The translations under genes and the position numbers were made by a program. The notes below the pieces were generated by a model. That model saw only the letters and a program-made list of their open reading frames with translations. It made no database searches and was not told the origin of the DNA. A stretch of DNA of 64,000 nt from an uncultured Candidatus Rokubacteria bacterium (GTDB taxonomy: Bacteria > Methylomirabilota > Methylomirabilia > Rokubacteriales > DASRDR01): contig CAVPSB010000031.1 in NCBI GenBank assembly GCA_963708025.1, positions 320,001 to 384,000 on the forward strand. Direction: 5' to 3'. Below, piece after piece: positions 9,694 to 18,355 of the stretch. Every line of letters starts with the position of its first letter. Within the stretch, counting starts at the first letter, position 1.

Positions 9694-9884
9694 CCCGGGA
9701 AGGACGCATCTGCCATGAGTTTAGCCCTTCGAGGCTCCTCGGTCGTTCCGGACGGGGCCGCGCCGTCCCCGGGGGGCGAGGGGGCTGGCTCCGATCCTCG
9801 CCCGTCTTTCCCTTGGGGTCGGGTCCGGGCCCTCCTGGGAAGACCCTCTCTTCCCGGCGGGTGGGCTGCGTATAATAGGGGGCC

Positions 9885-12557
9885 ATGGCGTCGCCGTCTG
9901 CCGACACCACCGTTCGGCTGGGGCTGGTCGGGACCGGAGCGGAACTGGTCAAGGCCATCGAGGCCCTCAAGGGCATTTCGACCATCGAGATCGCCGTCGT
10001 CGCCGACGCCAGCGATCGCTCGGAGGGCGCCAAGCTCGCGCACAGCCTCAAGCTTCCCCTCGTGAAGAACGCGATGGAGGTCTTCCGCTCCAAGGCCAAC
10101 ATCGTCCTCGAGGTGAACGGGGACGAGCGCCAGTACGAGCGTCTGCTCTCCATCAAGCCGCCCGGCACCGAGGTCATGAGCGTCAAGGGCGCTCGCCTCC
10201 TGATCAACCTCCTCAAGCAGAGCGGCAGCGGCAACGCGGGGGCCGAGGCGCCGGCCCGGGAAATCATCAAGGAGGTCCCGGTCGAGGTCATCAAGGAAGT
10301 CGTCCGGGAAATCGTGAAGGAGGTCCCGGTCGAGGTCCCGGTCGAGGTCGTCCGGGAGGTGGTGAGAGAGGTCCCGGTGGAGGTCATCCGGGAGGTGGTG
10401 AGAGAGGTCCCGGTGGAGGTCGTCCGGGAGGTGGTGAGAGAGGTCCCGGTCGAAGTCATCCGGGAGGTCGTGCAGGAGGTTCCAGTCGAGGTCATCCGGG
10501 AGGTGGTGAAAGAGGTCCCGGTGGAGGTCGTCCGGGAGGTGGTGAAAGAGGTCCCGGTCGAAGTCATCCGGGAGGTCGTGCAGGAGGTTCCGGTCGAAGT
10601 CATCCGGGAGGTGGTGAGAGAGGTCCCGGTGGAGGTCGTCCGGGAGGTCGTCAAGGAGATCCCGATCGAGGTGATCAAGGAGGTCGTCCGGGAAGTACCC
10701 CTGGAGGTGATCCGCGAGGTCGTCAAGGAAGTGCCGAGAGAAGTGATCAGGGAGATCATCCGGGAAGTCCCGGTCGAGGTGATCAAAGAGATCATCCGGG
10801 AAGTTCCGGTCGAGGTCCCGGTCGAGGTCCCGGTCGAGATCGTGCGGGAAATCGAGGTCGTCAAAGAGGTCATCAAGGAAGTTCCGGTCGAGGTCATCAA
10901 GGAGGTCGTCCGGGAGGTTCCGGTCGAGGTTCCCGTCGAAGTCATTCGCCGGATGGACACCGTCAAGGTCGAAAAGGTCGAGGTGCCGGTCGAGGTCATC
11001 AAGGAAGTCGAGGTGATCAAGGAGATCATCAAGGAGGTGCCGGTCGAGGTCATCAAGGAGGTCGAGGTCATCAAGGAAGTCGTCCGGGAGATCCCGGTCG
11101 AGGTGATCAAGGAGGTCATCAAGGAGGTGCCGGTCGAGGTCATCAAGGAAGTCGAGGTGATCAAGGAGGTCATCAAGGAAGTTCCGGTCGAGGTGATCAA
11201 GGAAGTCGTCAAGGAAGTTCCGGTCGAGGTCATCAAGGAAGTCGTCCGGGAGGTCCCGGTCGAGGTGATCAAGGAGGTCATCAAGGAAGTCCCCTTCGAG
11301 GTCGTCAAGGAAGTGGTCAAGGAGGTCCCCGTCGAGGTGGTTCGGGAGATGACCCACGTCGACGAAGAGGAGATGCAGCGGCTCCGACGGCGCCTGGAAG
11401 AGCTGCAGACCCAGTACGATCAGCTCGCCACGATGTCCGGGCGGGTGCCGGTGGACGAGAAGATGCAAGCGCTGGTCACCATGGCCAGCGGCGTCGGCCA
11501 CATCTTCAACAACGTACTGGCCGGGATCCTGGGGCGGACCCAGCTTCTCCTGAAGAAGGCCGAGCGGGAAAAGGCCAAGGACCTGGTGGCGGGGCTCAAC
11601 GAGATCGAGTCGGCGACCCGAACCGGCATCGACGCCCTGACCCGGATCCAGGAGTTCAGCCGGGCTCGGCCATCGGAGGCGCTCGCGCGAGTCGACCTCA
11701 ATGACGTCGTGCAGCGAGCGATCGAGCAGACCCGGCCCAAGTGGCGCGACGAGCCGGCCACCAAGGGCGTGCGGATCGAGCTGATCACGCACTTCGGCGC
11801 CCACGCCCCGGTCCTGGGCGTCGAGAGCGAGTTGCTCGAAGCCCTCACCCAGCTCATCGTCAACGCCGTAGACGCCATGCCCCGCGGCGGTATCATCACC
11901 GTTCGCACCGGGAACGAGCCGGGCCGGGGCTTCATGGCGGTGTCGGACACCGGCACCGGCATGGCGGAGAATATCAAGAGCCGCGCCCTGGAGCCGTTCT
12001 TCTCGACCAAGGGCGAGACGGGCCTGGGCCTGGGGCTCTCGGTGGTGTACGGGATCATGGTGCGCCACGGGGGCGACGCCGTGATCGAGAGCGAAGCCGG
12101 CAAGGGGACGACCCTGACGCTTCGCCTCCCGACGGCCGGCGAGGGAGCTCCGACGCCGCTGACGGCCGCCGAGGCCGACCAAGCCCAGGTGCTCGTCGTC
12201 GACGACGACGAGACGGTGCGGACCGCTCTGGGGGACATGCTGCGCGGCGCCGGCTACGCGGTGACCCTGGCGGCTTCCGGTCTCGAAGGCATCGCCAAGG
12301 TCCGGGAGCGCGAGGGGCCGTTCCACCTCGTCGTGACCGACCTCGGCATGCCGGACGTGCCCGGCTGGGAAGTCGTGGAGGCGGTGAAGCAGATCGAGAC
12401 CGCGACACCGGTCGTCATCATGTCGGGCTTCGACCGCGCCCGCGCCACACGTCGCGCCAAGGAGCTGGGCGTCGATCTCGTCATCTCCAAGCCGTTCGAC
12501 CTGCAGGACTTCCTGAACGCGGTTCGCGGCCTGCTGCTGGGTCGGAAGCGCACCTGA
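9885..12557 (+). CDS. hybrid histidine kinase-receiver with N-terminal Rossmann-like domain and VPVE repeat region
   Basis: H-box GHIFNN, N-box NAVDAM, G1 DTGTGM, EPFFSTK, G2 GLGLGL; REC with DDD/D/S/KP; TATAAT at 9871. Confidence 0.9.
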   Translation: MASPSADTTVRLGLVGTGAELVKAIEALKGISTIEIAVVADASDRSEGAKLAHSLKLPLVKNAMEVFRSKANIVLEVNGDERQYERLLSIKPPGTEVMSVKGARLLINLLKQSGSGNAGAEAPAREIIKEVPVEVIKEVVREIVKEVPVEVPVEVVREVVREVPVEVIREVVREVPVEVVREVVREVPVEVIREVVQEVPVEVIREVVKEVPVEVVREVVKEVPVEVIREVVQEVPVEVIREVVREVPVEVVREVVKEIPIEVIKEVVREVPLEVIREVVKEVPREVIREIIREVPVEVIKEIIREVPVEVPVEVPVEIVREIEVVKEVIKEVPVEVIKEVVREVPVEVPVEVIRRMDTVKVEKVEVPVEVIKEVEVIKEIIKEVPVEVIKEVEVIKEVVREIPVEVIKEVIKEVPVEVIKEVEVIKEVIKEVPVEVIKEVVKEVPVEVIKEVVREVPVEVIKEVIKEVPFEVVKEVVKEVPVEVVREMTHVDEEEMQRLRRRLEELQTQYDQLATMSGRVPVDEKMQALVTMASGVGHIFNNVLAGILGRTQLLLKKAEREKAKDLVAGLNEIESATRTGIDALTRIQEFSRARPSEALARVDLNDVVQRAIEQTRPKWRDEPATKGVRIELITHFGAHAPVLGVESELLEALTQLIVNAVDAMPRGGIITVRTGNEPGRGFMAVSDTGTGMAENIKSRALEPFFSTKGETGLGLGLSVVYGIMVRHGGDAVIESEAGKGTTLTLRLPTAGEGAPTPLTAAEADQAQVLVVDDDETVRTALGDMLRGAGYAVTLAASGLEGIAKVREREGPFHLVVTDLGMPDVPGWEVVEAVKQIETATPVVIMSGFDRARATRRAKELGVDLVISKPFDLQDFLNAVRGLLLGRKRT
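10260..11348 (+). repeat. intragenic tandem repeat, ~36-nt unit encoding (V/I)P(V)E-V(I/V)(K/R)E-V(V/I)(K/R)E
   Basis: 30 xPxE motifs counted in 363 codons; synonymous variation between units. Confidence 0.97.
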
Positions 12558-12707
12558 TTCTCCCGCAAGGGAGGCCTCGCCCCCCTCCGCGCCGCGCGCG
12601 CGGCACTCCGCAGCGGCAGAGCCCGCGCTCGAGACGCTGCGAACGCGATCCCGCGAGCGATCGGCCCCACCCGCCGCCTCCGAAACAGGGTCCGAGGTCC
12701 AATTTTC

Positions 12708-12737
12708 TTGACTCTCGGCCGACCACCGCCCTATACT
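12708..12737 (+). promoter_or_regulatory. sigma-70 promoter for pilMNOPQ
   Basis: TTGACT-N18-TATACT. Confidence 0.65.
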
Positions 12738-12871
12738 CGCGCCTCACGAACTACTGCTAAGAGCTGCAAAAACCGGGGGTTACGACAGGGGGACCCCCAC
12801 CCTGAATTTTTCTTGGGTTTCCGGGCCCCTGTGCAGGATAGTGGCCGCTGTTGCGAGAGAGGTGACAGAGC

Positions 12872-13924
12872 ATGGCGTTGTTCAAGCGCAAGAAGCGACC
12901 GCAGGTGGTGGGACTCGACATCGGCTCGAGCTTCGTGAAAGCCGTCGAGTTGCGTCCGGTCGGAAACGACTACGAGCTGGTCGGGTTCGGGATGGGGCCG
13001 GTGCCGCCCGGGGCCATCGAGCAGAGCGAGATCAAGCAGCCCGCGGCCGTGCAGTCGGCGATCCGTCAGGCCCTCGAGCAGGGGCGCATCCAGGCGACCG
13101 ACGCCGCGATCAGCATGTCCGGCGGCTCCGTCATCGCCAAGCGGGTGACGCTGCCGAAGATGTCGGAGGCCGAGCTGGCCGAGTCCATCCGGTGGGAGGC
13201 CGAGCAGCACATCCCGTTCGACATCGAAGACGTGGAGCTCGACTTCCAGATACTGCGCCAGCAAGGTCCGCAGCTCGAGGTGATGCTGGTGGCCGTGAAG
13301 AAGGGCAAGGTCCAGAGCTACGTGGACGCGGTGGCGGAGGCCGGCCTCGGCGTGGTGATCGTGGACGTGGACGTGTTCGCCCTCGAGACCCAGTACGAGT
13401 ACAACTTCTCGGGTGACACGGAGGTCGTGGCCCTGGTCAACATCGGCCACGAGACGACCAACACGAACATCCTCCAGGGCGGCGTCAACGTCTATGCTCG
13501 CGACGTCTTCGTCGGCGGCAAGCAGTACTCTTCCACGATCGCTCAGCGCTTCGACCTGACCCCGTCCGACGCCGACGCCCTCGTCCGGGGGAAGCAGGGG
13601 GCGGTGAGCTGGGCCGAGATCGAGCCGGTGCTCGACCTCGTCTCCCAGGAGCTGGGGCAGGAGATCCAGCGCACGCTGGACTACTTCGGGACCACCGCCG
13701 AGCACGAGCGGATCCAGCGCATCTTCCTGTCGGGCGGCTGCGCGCTGATTCCGGGGCTCCAGGACTTCCTCTCGTCGCAGTGGGGAATCGAGGTCCAGCC
13801 GGCCGATCCCTTCAAGCGGGTCAAGCTGGGGCAGGGCCTCAACGCCGACGTGGTGCACAAGCTGGCCCCGCTGGCGGCCGTCGCGACGGGGCTGGCCATG
13901 CGCTATCCGGACGACCGGAAATAA
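12872..13924 (+). CDS. pilM: type IV pilus assembly protein PilM
   Basis: VGLDIGSSFVKAVEL, WEAEQHIPF, LSGG actin-like motifs. Confidence 0.96.
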   Translation: MALFKRKKRPQVVGLDIGSSFVKAVELRPVGNDYELVGFGMGPVPPGAIEQSEIKQPAAVQSAIRQALEQGRIQATDAAISMSGGSVIAKRVTLPKMSEAELAESIRWEAEQHIPFDIEDVELDFQILRQQGPQLEVMLVAVKKGKVQSYVDAVAEAGLGVVIVDVDVFALETQYEYNFSGDTEVVALVNIGHETTNTNILQGGVNVYARDVFVGGKQYSSTIAQRFDLTPSDADALVRGKQGAVSWAEIEPVLDLVSQELGQEIQRTLDYFGTTAEHERIQRIFLSGGCALIPGLQDFLSSQWGIEVQPADPFKRVKLGQGLNADVVHKLAPLAAVATGLAMRYPDDRK

Positions 13925-13936
13925 GGACACCGAGCC

Positions 13937-14698
13937 GTGGCGATCAAAGTCAACGTCCTTCGTCGCGAAGGTTCGAAGAAGGGCGCGGGTCTCTCCAGCC
14001 TCCCCAGCGTGTCGATGCCGAAGGTGGCGATCGGCGGCGGGGGGCTGATGAAGGGGGCCGTCGCCCTCCTGGTCCTGGTGCTCCTGGCCCTGGGCTTCAT
14101 GGGCTGGCGGGCCCACGCCGAGAAGGTGGACAACGAGAGGAAGATCACCCAGCTCAAGGCCCAGGACGCCGACCTCCAGCGCCAGCTCGTCGAGCTACGG
14201 GTGGCCGAGGCGGCCAAGCGGGAGATCCAGCGGCGCCTGGACATCATCGGCCGCGTGGCCAAGAGCCAGAAGGTCCCGGTCGAGATGATGGCCGGCGTGC
14301 TGAAGTCGGTGCCGCAAGGCATCTGGCTCACGTCGCTGGACGTGAGGCCGCAGGAGGTGAAGGTCAAGGTGGAGGCCAACCGGCAGGCCATCACCTACTC
14401 CAGCGAGACGCTCAAGGCCCTCAACGACAAGCGGGAACAGGAGGAGGCGGCGGCGGCCGCGTCCCAGGCCAGCCCCCGCCCGGCGGCGCCGGTGGCCACC
14501 AAGGAAGTCACCGAGATCCACGGCTTCTCCGTGGTGATCAAGGGCATGGCCTTCAACAACTTCCAGGTGGCCGAGTTCATGGAGAACCTCAAGAAGATCG
14601 GCGTCTTCGCGGACGTGGACTTCACGGTGACCCAGGCCACGAACGTCGAGTCGGTCCGGGTCATGGACTTCGAAGTCACCGCCACCGTGAAGCTATAG
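13937..14698 (+). CDS. pilN: type IV pilus assembly protein PilN
   Basis: IKVNVL N-terminus, TM, coiled coil, VPQGIWLTSL, VAEFMENL. Confidence 0.9.
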   Translation: MAIKVNVLRREGSKKGAGLSSLPSVSMPKVAIGGGGLMKGAVALLVLVLLALGFMGWRAHAEKVDNERKITQLKAQDADLQRQLVELRVAEAAKREIQRRLDIIGRVAKSQKVPVEMMAGVLKSVPQGIWLTSLDVRPQEVKVKVEANRQAITYSSETLKALNDKREQEEAAAAASQASPRPAAPVATKEVTEIHGFSVVIKGMAFNNFQVAEFMENLKKIGVFADVDFTVTQATNVESVRVMDFEVTATVKL

Positions 14699-14708
14699 GC
14701 CAAGAGCC

Positions 14709-15353
14709 ATGGAACGAGCAGAGCTGAAGAACCTAGTCCTGATCGGGCTCCTGATTCTCGCCCTCGCCTACGTCGGGTGGAACGGCTTCACCGCCATGGG
14801 CTGGCGCGGTGTGGCCGCGTTCCGGGCCGACGCGGCCAAGTCAGTCGCTCAGCGAGAGAAGCTCGAGACCAGCGTCAAGAACGCCAAGGCCCAGGTCGCG
14901 AACCTCGACAAGATCAAGAAGGAACGGGAAGCGCTGGAGGTGCAGCTCAAGGAGATCACCCGACGGCTGCCGGGTGAGCGCGAGTCGGCCGAGGTGCTCC
15001 GGAGCGTCGAGAGCCTGGCCGGCCGGTCGGGGTTGACGCTGGCGGCGGTCCGGCGTCGAACGCCCCGCACCCAGGAGCTGTACGTCGAGCTGCCCATGGA
15101 GGTCGGACTGGGGGGCGGGTACCACGAGATGGTGCGCTTCGCCGACCAGCTCTCCCAGCTCGACCGGCTGGTGACGCTGAACGAGTTCCAGGTGAACCGC
15201 CCGATGGCCGCCACGGGCCAGCCGGCCACCGCGGCCGTCACGCCCGGCACGGTCAGGGCGCAGATGGTGGCCGTGGTCTTCCAGGCGCTGCCCGAGCCGA
15301 CGCTGACGCTCCCGGGAGTGCCGGCGACAGGCGCGGCGACCCCCGCCCGGTAA
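14709..15353 (+). CDS. pilO: type IV pilus assembly protein PilO
   Basis: TM, coiled coil, LP.ERE, YVELP, GGYHE..RF..LSQLDRLV. Confidence 0.92.
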   Translation: MERAELKNLVLIGLLILALAYVGWNGFTAMGWRGVAAFRADAAKSVAQREKLETSVKNAKAQVANLDKIKKEREALEVQLKEITRRLPGERESAEVLRSVESLAGRSGLTLAAVRRRTPRTQELYVELPMEVGLGGGYHEMVRFADQLSQLDRLVTLNEFQVNRPMAATGQPATAAVTPGTVRAQMVAVVFQALPEPTLTLPGVPATGAATPAR

Positions 15354-15366
15354 CCGGAGGTCCCTG

Positions 15367-15906
15367 ATGCGCAACGTCAACGCTGCCCGCGCGCTTCGCC
15401 GGATCGCCTGGCTGGCGCTGGCCGTCTGTCTGGCGATCCCGGCCACGCTGTTCGCCCAGGCCACCACGAAGCCGCCGACCTCGCTCCCGGTGCCCAAGGC
15501 CGTCCCGAAGCCCGAGGTGCCGGAGATCGCCCGGCCGCTCCAGCCGGCCCCGTCATCGGCGCCGGCCCCGGCCCCGCCGGCCCCCGCCAGCCCGGCGCCG
15601 GCAGCGGGTCAGACGGACGGCCGCGATCCGTTCACACCCCTCATCACCAAGGCGCCGGAGGGCGAGAACCGGCCGTCGCTGTCCGGCCTCCGACTGGTCG
15701 GCGTGATGTGGGATCCAGTGCGGCGCGATCAGGTCCGGGCCCTCGTCGAGACCCCGGACGGGCTGGGCTACTACGTCCGCCTCAACGAAGAAAAGTTCGG
15801 CGGAAGGGTCGTCGCAATCGAGCGGGACCGCGTGCGGTTCTCCGTCCGCGAGCAGGACCCGACCGGGCAGGCCCGGGTGCGGACGGTCGAGCTGAAACTA
15901 AACTAG
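15367..15906 (+). CDS. pilP: PilP-like protein
   Basis: RDPF motif, LRLVGVMW, ALVETPDG; position between pilO and pilQ. Confidence 0.85.
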   Translation: MRNVNAARALRRIAWLALAVCLAIPATLFAQATTKPPTSLPVPKAVPKPEVPEIARPLQPAPSSAPAPAPPAPASPAPAAGQTDGRDPFTPLITKAPEGENRPSLSGLRLVGVMWDPVRRDQVRALVETPDGLGYYVRLNEEKFGGRVVAIERDRVRFSVREQDPTGQARVRTVELKLN

Positions 15907-17721
15907 GTGGAATCCATAGGCAGAGGGAGGAGCGGCGTGGCTAGACGAGGAGTTGTGATGCTCCTGGGCTGTGCCTGGACCCTGGCGGTGGCGGTCCCCG
16001 CGTGGGCGGCCGATCGTCCCACCGACCAGCCCATCCTGGTGGCGCAGGCGAGGGTGCCGGTTCTCGCGCAGACGGCGACGCAACCGCCGCGACAGCAGCC
16101 GCGCCTCATCTCGCTCGACTTCAAGGATGCCGACATCAACAACATCCTGCGCATCCTGGCGGAGTTCAGCGGTCTGAACATCGTGTCGAGCGACGACGTC
16201 AAGGGCAAGGTGACGGTGAAGCTCCAGAACGTCCCCTGGCAGCAGGCCCTCGACTCCGTCGTGCGGGCGGCGAAGCTCGGCTACGTGCAGGAAGGCAACA
16301 TCATCCGCGTCAACAAGCTGGAGAACCTGACCAAGGAGGCCGAGGCCCAGTTCAAGGCCGAGCAGCGCGAGGTCGAGATCCAGCAGCGGCGCAAGGAGGC
16401 CGAGCTGCGCGTCGCGGCCCAGGAGGGCGAGAAGAAGCTGGCCGACCAGCGCCGCGACTTCGAGCTGGCGCCACTGGCCGAGGAGATCATCGCGCTGAAG
16501 TACGCGCACGTCGGCGTCCGCCGGGTCAACGTGCTCAACTTCCTGACCGACCAGGTCAGCTCCGAGGAGCGCCGGGGGGTCGAGGAAGCGATCACGGGCG
16601 GCGCCAAGAAGGAGCCGGGCAAGCCGGCCGGCCTGCTCTCCGCCCGCGGCGAGCTCACCGTCGACCAGCGGACCAACTCGGTCATCGTGCGGGACGTGGA
16701 GGGGAACGTCCAGCGGATCAAGGAGTTCATCGGCCGGCTCGACAAGGCGATCCCGGCCGTCCAGATCGAGGCGCGAATCGTCGAGATCACCAAGGACGAT
16801 GCCCGGCGGCTGGGGGTCGTGTGGGGCGGCGTCTTCACGCCTCGCGCGGGTCCCAATTCCCCGATCGCCGTCGTCGGTGGTGGCGCCGGTCCGCGGGCCG
16901 TCCGGGGTGGCGACGCGCCGCCAGCCATCCCGCCGTCGACCGCCGCCAACTTCCCTACGGCACCGGTCAACGCTCCGTTCACGAACGGCAACCTCTTCGG
17001 GCTGGCCTTCGGCTGGCTGGCGTCGAACCTGGCCCTGGACATCTCGCTGTCGGCCCTCGAGGGTGAGAACCGGGTGCGCATCCTCTCCACGCCCAGCCTG
17101 ATGACCCTGGAGAACGAGCCGGCGACCATCGCCAGTGGCCAGAAGATCCCGATCATCAGCGTCGTCGTCGTCGCCGGGGCGCCCCAGGCCTCCGTCACCT
17201 ACTCGGACGTGACGACGCGCCTCCAGGTGGTGCCCCGCGTGGCCGCCGAGGACGGGCGGCTCGTGCTGACCATCGCCGTGAAGCGCGACACGCTGCTCAA
17301 CACCATCACCGCGGCCGGCCTGACGGCGCCCGTCATCGGGACGCGGCAGACGATCACCCAGGTCCGGATCCCGGACGGGGGAACCGTCGTGCTGAGCGGT
17401 CTGCGGGAGGACAGCGCGACCGGGCGCACCGAGGGGCTGCCCTGGGTGAAGAACATCCCGGTCCTCGGCTGGCTCTTCAAGAACGAGCTGACGGACGCGA
17501 GCCGGACCGAGCTGATGGTGTTCCTGACCGCCAAGGTGGTGGAGAGCCCCGGGGAGGCCGCCGTCAGCCCCCAGGACCTGCCGGCCGCACCGGGCGCCCC
17601 CGCGCCCCCGGGCCGCACCGGCCAGGCGCCGGCCGCGCCGCTTCCCGCGGTGTCGTCGGCGGCTCCGGTCCCCGCCGCCGCCCGTCCGACTCCGGTCCAA
17701 GCGGAGGCCATGAGCCGATGA
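15907..17721 (+). CDS. pilQ: type IV pilus secretin PilQ (start may be 15937 or 15958)
   Basis: ISLDFKDADI, NVPWQQALD, DQRTNSVIV, VQIEARIVE, IPVLGWLFK. Confidence 0.96.
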   Translation: MESIGRGRSGVARRGVVMLLGCAWTLAVAVPAWAADRPTDQPILVAQARVPVLAQTATQPPRQQPRLISLDFKDADINNILRILAEFSGLNIVSSDDVKGKVTVKLQNVPWQQALDSVVRAAKLGYVQEGNIIRVNKLENLTKEAEAQFKAEQREVEIQQRRKEAELRVAAQEGEKKLADQRRDFELAPLAEEIIALKYAHVGVRRVNVLNFLTDQVSSEERRGVEEAITGGAKKEPGKPAGLLSARGELTVDQRTNSVIVRDVEGNVQRIKEFIGRLDKAIPAVQIEARIVEITKDDARRLGVVWGGVFTPRAGPNSPIAVVGGGAGPRAVRGGDAPPAIPPSTAANFPTAPVNAPFTNGNLFGLAFGWLASNLALDISLSALEGENRVRILSTPSLMTLENEPATIASGQKIPIISVVVVAGAPQASVTYSDVTTRLQVVPRVAAEDGRLVLTIAVKRDTLLNTITAAGLTAPVIGTRQTITQVRIPDGGTVVLSGLREDSATGRTEGLPWVKNIPVLGWLFKNELTDASRTELMVFLTAKVVESPGEAAVSPQDLPAAPGAPAPPGRTGQAPAAPLPAVSSAAPVPAAARPTPVQAEAMSR

Positions 17722-18339
17722 TCAGCCAACGCGCGCGCCTCGCGATTGTCGTCGCCCTCGGCCTGGTCCTGGCCTGGACGTCGGCGGCGGATGCCCAGGA
17801 ATGGAAGATCTACGTCAAGGGGAAGGTCGAGCCGATCGTGGCGAACTTCTACGCCGAGGAGGCTCCCTGGATCTTCTACCGGGACGACGAGAGCATGTAC
17901 ACGTTCGCCCTCGGCTGCAACCGGGTCGACCGCGTCGAGCGCGGCGGCGCCCCGATCCCGGCGCCGGCCTGCCCGGTCGAGGCGCTGCCCACCACGACGC
18001 CTCGCATCCTGGTCAACATCATGGATCTGGAATCCAAGCGGCTCGACGACGGGATCGCCAAGCTCCGCGAGCAGACCCGCGCGTACGCCGACGCCGTGAT
18101 CGGCAGCGTCGTGTCCGCCCGGGGCATTCTGGTGGCCGGCGGCTCCGAGAGCCAGGCCGAGCAGCAGCTCCGCCAGGACGTCGGCGCGGTGTCGTTTCTC
18201 CGCAACCAGATCGAGGACACCCTGTTCGACATCCGGCTGACCGAGCGGCGGGTGAGGGCGCTCACCGAGGCGGCGAAGGGCTTCCCGAAGGCTGCCCGCC
18301 CAAGCTGCGCGCACTCGCTACTTCTTCGCGCCCCGGTAG
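17718..18339 (+). CDS. secreted hypothetical protein, apparent frameshift near 18300
   Basis: signal peptide (ADA|Q); the +1 frame gives ..RYFFAPR* ending 16 nt before aroB, whereas the unshifted ORF overlaps aroB by >400 nt. Confidence 0.65.
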
Positions 18340-18355
18340 CACAGGGAACGGCCCC

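Noticed and set aside
10260-11348. CRISPR array (36-nt periodicity)
   Set aside because: No unique spacers, in-frame coding with synonymous variation, no cas genes.
9557-12326. Long antisense ORFs (TTS- and DDL-repeat proteins)
   Set aside because: Shadows of the VPVE repeat; the + frame carries the real kinase motifs.
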